Shown here: positions 38,996 through 48,601 of the stretch, piece after piece
How positions within the stretch are numbered: position 1 is the first letter of the stretch
How the letters are laid out: each line of letters begins with the position of its first letter
From: Candidatus Hydrogenedens sp.
Lineage (GTDB): Bacteria; Hydrogenedentota; Hydrogenedentia; Hydrogenedentales; Hydrogenedentaceae
Direction: 5' to 3'
Length of the DNA stretch: 64,000 nt
Assembly: GCA_049968235.1 (NCBI GenBank)
Contig: JBMFRC010000015.1
Coordinates: 1 to 64,000 of the forward strand
Notes under the pieces: generated by a model
Seen by the model: the letters and a program-made list of their open reading frames with translations, nothing else
Databases searched by the model: none
Told to the model about the DNA's origin: nothing
Program-made: the position numbers and the translations under genes

Positions 38996-41326
38996 TTATT
39001 GGAAGTAGAATGCAATTTTTCTATAACTAACGACATTAGGGTCGGTAATTTCAAGAAATCTCCGTACACGCGGGTCATAATACATTGTTAAACCAATACC
39101 AACACCATTGTTCGCAGGAACAAATACTCCTAAATCTGCTGAGACTATACCACCACGAACAATCATTTTCCCGTATGTGTTGGAATTATGTCTTGTTTTA
39201 CTTCTCACGATACACCAGATAGAGTTGTTGCTATATAGAAGACCATCGAATTGGAATGGTCGCCCCGAATCGGGACGACTTAATTCATCTTTAAACCAGA
39301 TGCGCCGTAGAGTATCTTCGCTAATCCAGTTCATATCAGGATTACAATAGTGATAAGTAGCACGAGTTAAGATATCCAGTGGCAATCCTTTTTGAATTAG
39401 GTAATCACGTAGTAGTTTTACCCCGGCTTCGTTATACTTTACCGCATGTTCATCAGTTGCATCGTAAATATAAATTTTATCCGGTTGACTTGCCCGTAAG
39501 CCATAAAAACGAGGAGTATAATTGGGGTCTGCTAATGCTTTCTGTAATTCCATACGATTAAAAAGTTTTAATTCCGAGGTAGTGAAACTAAATTGTTGTC
39601 CTTTTCTTCCAGCCACAATTTGACCTGCATCTACTGAATCAGGGTCAAAATATCCCCAACGCAAAGTTTCTGTTACATTATTAATTGTCACCTTATTTGT
39701 TCTGTTTGCATTTCTGGTATCAATGCTATATTGAGTCCATAGGGGGTATTTTTCATTATTTCTTGCACTATGGTTAACACCACGAACGGTTAGGTAATCA
39801 CCAACCATAATACTTCCCCCTGCAACGAGTGCAAAGGCATTGGTAGTTCCATCTTCTGCTTTTCCAAATTCACCCGGAGCATCCGCATAGGTTACATCTC
39901 CAACAACATAAACATTTCCCCTTACCAGTAACTGTCCTTCACCTTTAATTTTACCTGCAATAACTAAATCTCCATTTACAGCAACGGTTCTTTCTATCTG
40001 TATGGGGTCTTGTTCCGTGCCGATAAGTATGAGATTACCATCATAAGTTCCTGTCGTTGATAGACTATTGATAGCAGAATTCGACGCGGTAGGTAATGGA
40101 TTATTTATATTCGCAGGTATATATACAGAACCACGAGGAACACCGTAGGCAACACCGGAAGTTATTTGTCCTGGTGGTGGGGCTTCTCCTTCTACTATTG
40201 TATTATCAAAATGAACTCTTCCATTGGCAGTATTCAAAACCACCTGGAATTCCTCATCATCAACAATTCGATTATTATTATCATCCGGAAATGGAGCCGG
40301 AAAGTTATTAGGCACGATCCCATCTGTTTGAGCTTGCTCATCCGTAGGATAATTCATATATAGGTTTGCAAATTGAACGAGGTCCCCATTAGGAGTTCTC
40401 CCTGCATTTTGTAAGTTTGTAATTATCATGTTCCCAGAAGAGTCTTGAACAATTTTACCATTGTTATTATTAATACGATATGATTTCAGAGTTGAACTTT
40501 GGAGTTCTGAAACAGAAAATGGGGTTCCATCAGGTTTATAAACACGACCTCTTGTATATAATGTACCTGCAGCACGACTATCTGCCTCTGTTGGTCTTAC
40601 TAACATAGATTCCAGAGATGCAACCTTAATACGGTCAAAAGTATTATAATTTGCAGGGTCAGTATTTCTAAACAAGTCTAAGGACTGAAATTCAGCATGA
40701 CATAGAATACAACTTATATTATTTGCAAGAACGGCAAATTCTGTATGAGGACTCGCTCTGCCCCCAATATTAACAACCTGAACCGCTGTTTTTGCAATAC
40801 CATTCCGTCTCGCAGTGGATGTTATTGTAAGGAATGAACGAGACCATTCATCATATCTTGCAATATGAACACTTTCAATTTGTGCTACTTCTTGGTTATT
40901 GTTAGGGTCCCTTAACACAATGGGTTGATTAATCAAAGCCCAACCTCTCCGGTCATATCCAGCAGGATAGGTTTCAAAAATACCGTTCCCATTTCCCGTT
41001 TCATCAATATCTTTGGTCCCATTAAAATTCAGGTCTTCATTTATTGGGATCCCTAAATTATTATCAAGATAGTACCGATAAGAAGCCCAATTTTTTGTTG
41101 TATTTCCACTTGTTTCTATATAATCGTCCCAGAGCCTTTTTAATGCTAGGTCTATACCTGCTTGCGATGCTTCCCTGAGAATAATATCATCTGCAGAAAA
41201 ATCCGTTTCTCTCTTGTTATTTACAACTATCGCGGAAATAACTCCTATAGCACCCAAAATTACAATTATAGAAATCGTGGTAAAAATTAACGCTATACCA
41301 GATTCTTTTTTTCTTACATTACGCAT
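38996..41326 (-). CDS. Large (776 aa) GspK-like minor pseudopilin or pilus-tip protein candidate.
   Basis: The N-terminus ESG|IALIFTTISIIVILGAIG is prepilin-like and lacks Glu+5, as in GspK. The gene is the third in an operon after two bona fide prepilin-type genes. The long C-terminal region is beta-rich. Confidence 0.4.
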   Translation of the reverse strand: MRNVRKKESGIALIFTTISIIVILGAIGVISAIVVNNKRETDFSADDIILREASQAGIDLALKRLWDDYIETSGNTTKNWASYRYYLDNNLGIPINEDLNFNGTKDIDETGNGNGIFETYPAGYDRRGWALINQPIVLRDPNNNQEVAQIESVHIARYDEWSRSFLTITSTARRNGIAKTAVQVVNIGGRASPHTEFAVLANNISCILCHAEFQSLDLFRNTDPANYNTFDRIKVASLESMLVRPTEADSRAAGTLYTRGRVYKPDGTPFSVSELQSSTLKSYRINNNNGKIVQDSSGNMIITNLQNAGRTPNGDLVQFANLYMNYPTDEQAQTDGIVPNNFPAPFPDDNNNRIVDDEEFQVVLNTANGRVHFDNTIVEGEAPPPGQITSGVAYGVPRGSVYIPANINNPLPTASNSAINSLSTTGTYDGNLILIGTEQDPIQIERTVAVNGDLVIAGKIKGEGQLLVRGNVYVVGDVTYADAPGEFGKAEDGTTNAFALVAGGSIMVGDYLTVRGVNHSARNNEKYPLWTQYSIDTRNANRTNKVTINNVTETLRWGYFDPDSVDAGQIVAGRKGQQFSFTTSELKLFNRMELQKALADPNYTPRFYGLRASQPDKIYIYDATDEHAVKYNEAGVKLLRDYLIQKGLPLDILTRATYHYCNPDMNWISEDTLRRIWFKDELSRPDSGRPFQFDGLLYSNNSIWCIVRSKTRHNSNTYGKMIVRGGIVSADLGVFVPANNGVGIGLTMYYDPRVRRFLEITDPNVVSYRKIAFYFQ

Positions 41327-41336
41327 ACGCTATCTC

Positions 41337-42002
41337 CTAATTTTCTAATTTAACTATCCCGCTGAGTTCGGCGCGAATTAAGGGTCCTTCTCCCGGACCC
41401 ATTCGTTTCGTTCCTTCTAAACGAATGTATAACAAAGTAGGGGTATTTTCACTATCACTTCTATCAGGTAATAATTGAAACTCTACATTACTAATACAAT
41501 TTGCACTCCCTATTACGCGTCTATTATTCCCCTGAACCATTACTAATCTTCTTGTTAATGCCCTATCTCCATTTGTATCTTCACCTGCATCTAAAATGGC
41601 ATTCGGAGGAACTCCTTCAGAAGAACGGTCTTCATTTTCATATTGAACAAGAATCTGTTGGGATGATTGGACAAATGCAGGTGTGTTGACGGGTACGGGG
41701 ACAAAAAATCGCAAGCCCCGTCCATCATTTTGGACTTGAATTGCCTCTGCCCCTGCAGGTGCTATAGGAGGAGTAACATTCGTAGTAACTTCTGTATATG
41801 CCTGTTTTACTAATTCTGAAAGTTCATTAAATGTATTTCGCAAATCAGAATCGATTTCATTTTGAGCATAAGAAAGTGATGAGGATTTTACAGAAGATTG
41901 TAACGCCAGAAAACTCAGTAAGGAAATGATACCCATCAATGCAACGGATATAGTTACTTCTATTAAAGTAAATCCAAAAATTCTTTTTTTCATATCACAC
42001 AT
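41337..42002 (-). CDS. Type IV pilin-like / T2SS pseudopilin (GspH/I/J-like) with a class III signal peptide.
   Basis: The KKRIFG|FTLIEVTISVALMGIISLL prepilin-peptidase cleavage and methylation motif is present. The real start is probably the fourth-residue Met, at 41993. Confidence 0.7.
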   Translation of the reverse strand: MCDMKKRIFGFTLIEVTISVALMGIISLLSFLALQSSVKSSSLSYAQNEIDSDLRNTFNELSELVKQAYTEVTTNVTPPIAPAGAEAIQVQNDGRGLRFFVPVPVNTPAFVQSSQQILVQYENEDRSSEGVPPNAILDAGEDTNGDRALTRRLVMVQGNNRRVIGSANCISNVEFQLLPDRSDSENTPTLLYIRLEGTKRMGPGEGPLIRAELSGIVKLEN

Positions 42003-42011
42003 AGCCTTATT

Positions 42012-42476
42012 TTATATTGAAGTTAATATCGTAGCAACTGTATCTCTTATGGGATGCCCACTGAGGGATGTCCATGTGGCAGTTACATAAACCTGAACAG
42101 GATTATTTGTCCCACCGGCGGGTTCACCATTCATATTTCTGCAGACTACATTTATTTGTAAGTCTGGTATGGGTATAGGATGTCCTTCTACTGATACCAT
42201 TGTTAACCAATCATTGGATGTTTTCCCGTTTATCCATGCATAAAAACCTTCCCAGTTGAAATTCTCATTACTTACAGAAAAGTCCTTCCTTTTTTCGCGA
42301 ATGGCTTCAATTACAGCACGACAAGCATGTAAAGCCTGTATCCGTTCCCTCTGGATTTGTAGATTGTTGTGGGAAGAAACCAATATAACTGAAGTTACTC
42401 CTACCACAAAAGCAAATATAGCCACTGCAATCATAATTTCTATTAATGTTAAGCCCTCATTTCCTTTTTTACTCAT
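42012..42476 (-). CDS. Type IV pilin-like / T2SS major-pseudopilin-like protein (GspG-like).
   Basis: The KKGNEG|LTLIEIMIAVAIFAFVVG N-terminal prepilin motif is present in a 154-aa protein. Confidence 0.7.
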   Translation of the reverse strand: MSKKGNEGLTLIEIMIAVAIFAFVVGVTSVILVSSHNNLQIQRERIQALHACRAVIEAIREKRKDFSVSNENFNWEGFYAWINGKTSNDWLTMVSVEGHPIPIPDLQINVVCRNMNGEPAGGTNNPVQVYVTATWTSLSGHPIRDTVATILTSI

Positions 42477-42660
42477 ATATCCAAATCCTGCATTTTTATT
42501 TGTCTAATACAATATATTTATCATCTTTTTAGAATTATAACATAAAAATATGGAAAATATTTCAAAAAAATGTGAAAGTCCGCATTAAATATGGAATATT
42601 TCTCGCAGAAAAAGGAGGATTCGTAGTTACTTTTTCATTAACTACTTATGTCAGTATATT

Positions 42661-43836
42661 TTATAGAGATTGTTTTAAAATCCTTGCTCCATCGGATGGT
42701 GGAGAAATAATATAAGAGCCATTTCTTCCAGTAAGAGAATTGTATTTTTCAATTAGTAGTTTGACAAAATTTTCAATATGTTTTGTTTCTACTAAATTTA
42801 TTGTGCAACCGCCAAAACCAGCCCCGGTCATTCTTGCCCCTTTACATCCCTCTATGTTTCTTGCTATTTCTGTCATTAATTCTAACTCCTGATTAGTAAC
42901 TTCGTAGTTTTTTTGCAGGCTTAAATCTGATTCATTTAGCAAATCCCCCACTTTAGAGATATTTCCATTTTTGAGTGCCTCAATACAGAAAAGAACTCGA
43001 TCATTTTCAGATAGAACATGGAAAGCCCGTTTATAAGATACAGGATGCATTATATTTTTTGTTTGGAGTAGTTCCTCAATAGTGAAATCTCTCAAATGTG
43101 TAGCGGATTTTTTATAGAATTTATTTAAAGTATCTAATGCATCATTACATTCCGCTACTCGTTCATTATATTTTGAACCTGTAAGCCCTCTTGGGCAGTT
43201 TGTATTTGCTATCACAAAAGTATATTCAAGTAAATCAATAGGAGTTAATTCGTATTTTAGTGTTCTGCAATCCAAGAACAAAGCATGTCCTTTTTTCCCA
43301 CATCTCGAAATAAATTGGTCCATGATACCTGATTTTAATCCAAGGAATTCATTTTCAACGCGTTGCCCTAACTTTGCAGACTCCACATCGTTTAAATTGA
43401 AGTTGCCCATTGCTTCAAATAACTTTAAGATAGCCATTTCAAGGGATGCGGAGCTACTAAGCCCACATGCCATAGGAACATCACCAAATATGACACCATC
43501 TATACCTGTAAGGGGAAGACCCAATTTTTTTAATTCATACGAAACCCCCATAACATAATCCATCCATGGGTCAATAGGATTACGAGATGGATAGTTTATA
43601 TCTGCAATACTTTGACGGTTGGTATTCAATGCATAAAAATTTAACAACGAATCATGTCTTTTTTTCCCAGCAATATAAGTCCCTTGTTCCAGTGCCATTG
43701 GAAGCACATAACCATGGTTGTAATCGGTGTGTTCCCCGATAATATTTACCCTACCCGGAGCCTTTACAATGACATCCGGAATCGTATTAAAAAAGTGCAA
43801 AAATTGTTTTTCTAAGTATTGCAGAATATCTCCCAT
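42661..43836 (-). CDS. galK: Galactokinase.
   Basis: The galactokinase signature GRVNIIGEHTDYNHGYVLPMAL and the GHMP kinase motif ARMTGAGFGGC are present. Confidence 0.9.
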   Translation of the reverse strand: MGDILQYLEKQFLHFFNTIPDVIVKAPGRVNIIGEHTDYNHGYVLPMALEQGTYIAGKKRHDSLLNFYALNTNRQSIADINYPSRNPIDPWMDYVMGVSYELKKLGLPLTGIDGVIFGDVPMACGLSSSASLEMAILKLFEAMGNFNLNDVESAKLGQRVENEFLGLKSGIMDQFISRCGKKGHALFLDCRTLKYELTPIDLLEYTFVIANTNCPRGLTGSKYNERVAECNDALDTLNKFYKKSATHLRDFTIEELLQTKNIMHPVSYKRAFHVLSENDRVLFCIEALKNGNISKVGDLLNESDLSLQKNYEVTNQELELMTEIARNIEGCKGARMTGAGFGGCTINLVETKHIENFVKLLIEKYNSLTGRNGSYIISPPSDGARILKQSL

Positions 43837-43876
43837 AGATAATGTACTCCTGATAGTAGATTGAGATTAGAAATAT

Positions 43877-44980
43877 TTATATGATGGCTTGTTCTGTTAC
43901 AGGGTCAAAAAAATGAATTTTTTCAATGTTTATATTTACAATAAAAGGTTCACCTATAGAGGGCTCTTTATCTAACTTCAGTTTTGCTGTAATCGTATTC
44001 ATTCCAGTATTTAAGTACAGATTCATTTCAGAGCCCATAGGTTCAACCACATCAACAATTGCTGATATTGAAATACCTTTTTGAGGGGTTTGACTTTGAT
44101 TAATTATAAAATCTTCTGGGCGAATACCTAAAATTGTTTTTTGATTAATAAAATTTTTTAGATGTTCTTGTAAATTCTCTGGGACAAGAATCTCGATATT
44201 TTTATTATCAGAAAAATATAACTTTTCGTCTTGAAATATAATACTGCCTTCAATCATATTCATAGGTGGACTTCCTATAAAACCTGCCACAAATTTATTT
44301 ACAGGCTTGTTATACAATTCCAGAGGAGTTCCTATTTGCTGAACCGTCCCATTATTCATAACAACAATACGGTCACCCATTGTCATGGCTTCAATTTGGT
44401 CATGGGTTACATAAATAATGGTGGCTTTTAATTGATGGTGTAATTTTGATATTTCTGCACGCATCTGGACGCGCATTTTAGCATCCAGATTGGAAAGAGG
44501 TTCATCAAAAAGGAAAACTTTCGGATTACGAACAATGGCTCTACCCACCGCAACTCTTTGTCTTTGTCCTCCAGAAAGAACTCTTGGTTTAGCATTTAAA
44601 TACTCAGTCAGACCTAATATCTCAGCTGCTTCTCGAACTCGTTTATCAATCTCTTGTCTGGAGACCCCTCTCAACATTAAACCAAATGCCATGTTTTTAT
44701 ACACTGTCATATGCGGATATAACGCATAATTTTGAAAAACCATAGCAATATCACGGTCTTTGGGGTGAACATTATTTACCAATTTACCATCAATTAAAAT
44801 ATTCCCAGAACTAATTTCTTCAAGACCCGCCACCATCCGTAATGTTGTCGTTTTCCCACACCCCGAAGGTCCTACAAGCACAACAAACTCTGTATCCTCT
44901 ATTGTTATTGTTACATCTTTCACTGCGATAAAACCATTGGGATAAATTTTCGTTAAATGTATTAATTCAACTTTTGCCAT
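43877..44980 (-). CDS. Sugar ABC transporter ATP-binding protein (MalK/UgpC/MsmK family) with a C-terminal TOBE domain.
   Basis: Walker [10 protein letters not shown], the signature LSGGQRQR and Walker [12 protein letters not shown] are present in a 367-aa protein. No cognate permease was found in the window. Confidence 0.85.
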   Translation of the reverse strand: MAKVELIHLTKIYPNGFIAVKDVTITIEDTEFVVLVGPSGCGKTTTLRMVAGLEEISSGNILIDGKLVNNVHPKDRDIAMVFQNYALYPHMTVYKNMAFGLMLRGVSRQEIDKRVREAAEILGLTEYLNAKPRVLSGGQRQRVAVGRAIVRNPKVFLFDEPLSNLDAKMRVQMRAEISKLHHQLKATIIYVTHDQIEAMTMGDRIVVMNNGTVQQIGTPLELYNKPVNKFVAGFIGSPPMNMIEGSIIFQDEKLYFSDNKNIEILVPENLQEHLKNFINQKTILGIRPEDFIINQSQTPQKGISISAIVDVVEPMGSEMNLYLNTGMNTITAKLKLDKEPSIGEPFIVNINIEKIHFFDPVTEQAII

Positions 44981-45009
44981 CTTTACTTTTCCTGTTTCTA
45001 AATGTATAT

Positions 45010-45744
45010 TTATATTGTATTTTGTTTCATATCATTGATTAAACTTGTCCGAAAATCTTCGGGTATATCCATGTTATTAATAATAAGTGAATTGATAATA
45101 CATTCCAGGATGTATGTGTAATCTGAAGACACATTCTCAGATTGTTTGTTAAAATAAAAATGCTTCGGTGTATTTATTTTTATTTTCTGAGGTTCAAGAT
45201 TTTGAGTAATTACGATTCTAACTTTTTCTATAGAGATAGAACGAATACTTCGGGTCATTCCTACATTTGAATATAGTTCTTTTTTTAATATTTTTAATAG
45301 AGAACCTATGTTAGTTCCTTTACCCGGAATATAATATAAGTTTAGTTGCAAATTATCTATATATATGTCATAGTTTATTTTAAAATTGGAAGAGATAGAT
45401 GCCTTTGTCTGTATATGTTCCGATTGTAAAACAGGTTCGTCGGGGAAGGGGACAAGATTTTTTACATAAAAATTCTTAAAAGTAATAGAAAAATCCCAAA
45501 GATTTACATAAGCCTTGTCAAAGTAAAAAGTGATATTCGACGACCGTGTTAAATATTTTTCAGCGATTTTAGTAATAAGAAATGTCCGAGTATATGGGTA
45601 AAATACAGAAACACCACACAAAAGAAATAACAAACTACCTGTAAAAGTCATAGCATAAAAAACTTTTTGTTTGAAGGTAGTTTTTACTTTTTTCTTTTTA
45701 GTGGTTCTTTTCTTGTTAGATTTTTTATTTGAAGTTTCAGTCAA
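45010..45744 (-). CDS. Hypothetical protein with a Lys-rich cytoplasmic N-terminus and a single TM anchor.
   Basis: [21 protein letters not shown] is followed by a TM helix. The gene overlaps the upstream gene by 8 nt. No family was recognised. Confidence 0.4.
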   Translation of the reverse strand: MTETSNKKSNKKRTTKKKKVKTTFKQKVFYAMTFTGSLLFLLCGVSVFYPYTRTFLITKIAEKYLTRSSNITFYFDKAYVNLWDFSITFKNFYVKNLVPFPDEPVLQSEHIQTKASISSNFKINYDIYIDNLQLNLYYIPGKGTNIGSLLKILKKELYSNVGMTRSIRSISIEKVRIVITQNLEPQKIKINTPKHFYFNKQSENVSSDYTYILECIINSLIINNMDIPEDFRTSLINDMKQNTI

Positions 45745-46471
45745 AGGTATGAGTCCAGTTTAATACCTTTTTATGAAGGGATTTCTGTTTTTTCTTTAAA
45801 TTCTCTTTACTGTCTTTTAACTTCATAGTAAGAGGGACTTCTACAGGCACCTGTTTTGGACTCCAGGAAAAACAGAAAAGGGTGTCATAACCGTTTAATA
45901 TAAGATATATCTTTACATTTTGAAGTCCTTCTTTAGGTACAAGGATTTCATTTGCGTTGTAAGGGAAAATAAGGGTAACCTTTCGTTTAAATCTGCGAAG
46001 GGTTCCCGATGGTATTTCTTCCAGCGATTTGTCAACAACAATCTGTGTAGGATGTATCTCTGTATTTTCATTCAAGAGCATATAAATATTAAACCCCCTT
46101 AAACTAACACTATCATAAGCAATACTCATATCCTGAAAGGAAGAATCCAATACAATTTCAATTGTAACTCCATGAGTTGTTGAAGAATTCGGTGACATCC
46201 ATACCGCCTGACTTTCAGGGTTAAATATTTTTGGATAAGGACCCCGCATACATTGAATATTTGAAACAGGATTATCCGGGACAAAAGGTATTAGTTCCCC
46301 TGCCGATACTGTTTCCTCCCCCTTCTTTTTATCTGCACTTGTTTTACAACTTATTCCGGAAACAAGAAAATAACTACATAAAATTAATGTAAATACAATA
46401 CTCGTGATACAATTAAAACTTAAATAAAAACAAGTGTAATTTTCTGAATATTTTATATTTCTGTTTGGCAT
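45737..46471 (-). CDS. Hypothetical exported protein or lipoprotein candidate.
   Basis: A hydrophobic N-terminal segment is followed by Cys. The protein is 244 aa. No family was recognised. Confidence 0.4.
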   Translation of the reverse strand: MPNRNIKYSENYTCFYLSFNCITSIVFTLILCSYFLVSGISCKTSADKKKGEETVSAGELIPFVPDNPVSNIQCMRGPYPKIFNPESQAVWMSPNSSTTHGVTIEIVLDSSFQDMSIAYDSVSLRGFNIYMLLNENTEIHPTQIVVDKSLEEIPSGTLRRFKRKVTLIFPYNANEILVPKEGLQNVKIYLILNGYDTLFCFSWSPKQVPVEVPLTMKLKDSKENLKKKQKSLHKKVLNWTHTFD

Positions 46472-46532
46472 ATCTTTATGAAACTTTGTTTTACTTATAT
46501 TAACAGATTTAATGAAGAATAAAAAATATACA

Positions 46533-47273
46533 TTACTTATTTTTTAATGGTTCTTTAGTCGAAACATCTACATGAGGTTTCGGTAAATTGGATTGATTAT
46601 CTTTTTTTAAAGGCAAATCAATGGCACTTCTGCTCTCGTCTCCACCTTTACCATATTTCATTAAAACCATTTCACCCTCAGTAGTGGATAATTTCACAAT
46701 ACCCAGAGGTTTTACCTCATCATTAAGCCAGATTTCTTTTGTTGTATTATCTTCACTAATTCTGTAATGTTTTGCTTTTATTTTACCATTCTTAAACTCA
46801 ATATCTTCTTCACCAATAAGGTTTTTCTTTGAAGGTGTATCCGTATTTCCTGACATAGTTTCAACATCAATATTTTGGGGGGGATTGGCTCCTTCACGAA
46901 CTACTATTTTGTGAATTTTCTCTTTCCCATTGTTATCATAAGAAATCAGAAAACGATATACAGAAGGAAATCCTTCCATAGGGATAATTTCCGATTCTAA
47001 CCACAATGCAGAGGTATTTTCATCTATTTTTTCTATTCCCGTTAATGCTTGCCTTAATAAAATATGTGTTTTTGTGGATTTATCCGTTATTTCATAAATA
47101 GCCCAAACACCCGGTTCGGATGATAGTATCTTCCCTTTAAATAAATCCTCTATAAAACTCTGGGTATTTCCTATTTTAGGGGAGAGAATATAAAGAAGAA
47201 ATATCTGGATATATAAAAATTTAGTCCAGAAAAAATATTTTTTTGTTCTTATAAAAGAAAAATTACAAAGCAT
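46533..47273 (-). CDS. Hypothetical secreted protein.
   Basis: The protein has a signal-peptide-like N-terminus and is 246 aa. The gene lies 12 nt downstream of the GHKL ATPase gene. Confidence 0.4.
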   Translation of the reverse strand: MLCNFSFIRTKKYFFWTKFLYIQIFLLYILSPKIGNTQSFIEDLFKGKILSSEPGVWAIYEITDKSTKTHILLRQALTGIEKIDENTSALWLESEIIPMEGFPSVYRFLISYDNNGKEKIHKIVVREGANPPQNIDVETMSGNTDTPSKKNLIGEEDIEFKNGKIKAKHYRISEDNTTKEIWLNDEVKPLGIVKLSTTEGEMVLMKYGKGGDESRSAIDLPLKKDNQSNLPKPHVDVSTKEPLKNK

Positions 47274-47285
47274 ATTTTATATAAA

Positions 47286-48527
47286 CTAAATTAATAGTTT
47301 TTGGATTTCAGTTTCTTTGTCTTCGGGTAAAGAAATAATCTCATTTACTATATGAGTAACTTTATTTGAATCTGTTTGTATCAAGGTGTAAAGAAGTTTC
47401 AGAATTAATTGCTGGGTTAATTTTGGGGCGTCATTGAGTTCACGAACCATCTGGAAAAGATGAGTGGCGTATATGTCAAATATTTTTATAGAAATACTGT
47501 TTTCCGGATTAGAAATCTCCTCAGGAGTTATAGGATAAATCCCATCATCTTTCCACTCCTGAATCATCAATTGTGTTTTTTCTGCTTCCCGAAGAATAAA
47601 ATGTTCACGAAGTCTTTTTTTGCAAAATTGAGTGAGAAAACGGACATCTTCACATAACTCGTCTGTTTGAAGTAGCCCTTGCTGGTCTAATAATTTGATA
47701 TATTCTGACTTAAAATATGCAGTATAACTAAATCCACGAAAATGTAATCGAGGGAAAGGAATAAATCTTGCAAATCCATTTTCATCGCAGAATAAAAGTC
47801 CCCGTCTTCCCGATGTGTTCCACTCTACAATAGTTAAGTCTGCATTGATTGTTTTACCACTGGGAACAACTATATCGTGGTATTTATATTCATACTGGTT
47901 TTTCTGAACATTTTGCGGGTCAATAGATATTCCATCGTATATAATTTTTACATTTGGGTATTGCGTTAAATAGGGTGCAAAAATATCAGTAATTTCTTCC
48001 ATTGCAAGTGTCCCACGTACAAGGGAAATGTTATCATTGGGTAAAGCAATTCGGACATACATACCTGTCGCGTTTTCATACTCTGTAACAGGTTCCGGTT
48101 CAGACACCTCAAATACAGATAAATTCTCAATATTTCCCTTAATATAGAAACAATAACGATTATTTCCCTCACAATAAATACTTTTCCATGTTACTTTGTT
48201 TCCCAAAGAAAAAGCACGAAATCGTCCTTTACCATATTTCCCATGCAGGATTCTCTTCTCATTGGGGGTAACATATTCTCCCTTTTTCCATGAACCACCT
48301 AAATTGCTGAAAGAAATTAGGGCATCTTCAAATCGCAATCCATTGCCATCATCAATAATGTCAATATAGTCCAATCCACTTAATTCATTCTCAACAAAAC
48401 GAACCTGGACATGTTTTGCCTCTGCATCGAGAGCGTTCCAGATTAATTCGACTATGGCATTTAGCGGACGAGTTTTACCTATGGTTTCAAGATGGTCTTC
48501 TTTAACCTGAATGTGTATTGTTCGCAT
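47286..48527 (-). CDS. Standalone GHKL (Bergerat-fold, HATPase_c_3-like) ATPase.
   Basis: The N-box ELIWNALDAEA and the G1-box IDIIDDGNGL are present, followed by KYGKGRFRAFSLG. There is no HisKA, receiver, MutL or Hsp90 context. The protein is 413 aa. Confidence 0.55.
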   Translation of the reverse strand: MRTIHIQVKEDHLETIGKTRPLNAIVELIWNALDAEAKHVQVRFVENELSGLDYIDIIDDGNGLRFEDALISFSNLGGSWKKGEYVTPNEKRILHGKYGKGRFRAFSLGNKVTWKSIYCEGNNRYCFYIKGNIENLSVFEVSEPEPVTEYENATGMYVRIALPNDNISLVRGTLAMEEITDIFAPYLTQYPNVKIIYDGISIDPQNVQKNQYEYKYHDIVVPSGKTINADLTIVEWNTSGRRGLLFCDENGFARFIPFPRLHFRGFSYTAYFKSEYIKLLDQQGLLQTDELCEDVRFLTQFCKKRLREHFILREAEKTQLMIQEWKDDGIYPITPEEISNPENSISIKIFDIYATHLFQMVRELNDAPKLTQQLILKLLYTLIQTDSNKVTHIVNEIISLPEDKETEIQKLLI

Positions 48528-48601
48528 TGTTTGACCTTATTTTAAATTCCCATGTTATTTTAATAAAAATGATACTTGCAAATAAATTATTAGTCATGGG
48601 C

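Noticed and set aside
40690-40720. A CxxCH (CILCH) heme-c binding motif occurs in the 776-aa GspK-like protein.
   Set aside because: A single occurrence in a 776-aa protein can arise by chance. No other cytochrome features, such as multiple CxxCH motifs or a distal Met/His ligand pattern, are evident. It is mentioned only as a detail within the pseudopilin finding.
42605-42660. A perfect AAGGAGG Shine-Dalgarno-like sequence lies on the + strand upstream of a 20-codon ORF.
   Set aside because: The spacing to the nearest ATG is about 30 nt, and the ORF is only 20 codons in the promoter region of the minus-strand pseudopilin operon. This is most likely a chance purine run.
44980-48527. I considered whether the GHKL ATPase plus the MalK-type ABC ATPase and the three exported proteins form a complete ABC transporter.
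   Set aside because: None of the three ~245-aa proteins shows the 6-TM permease architecture or the EAA loop of ABC importer permeases. The MalK-type ATPase is more likely a shared sugar-importer energiser that is only fortuitously adjacent.
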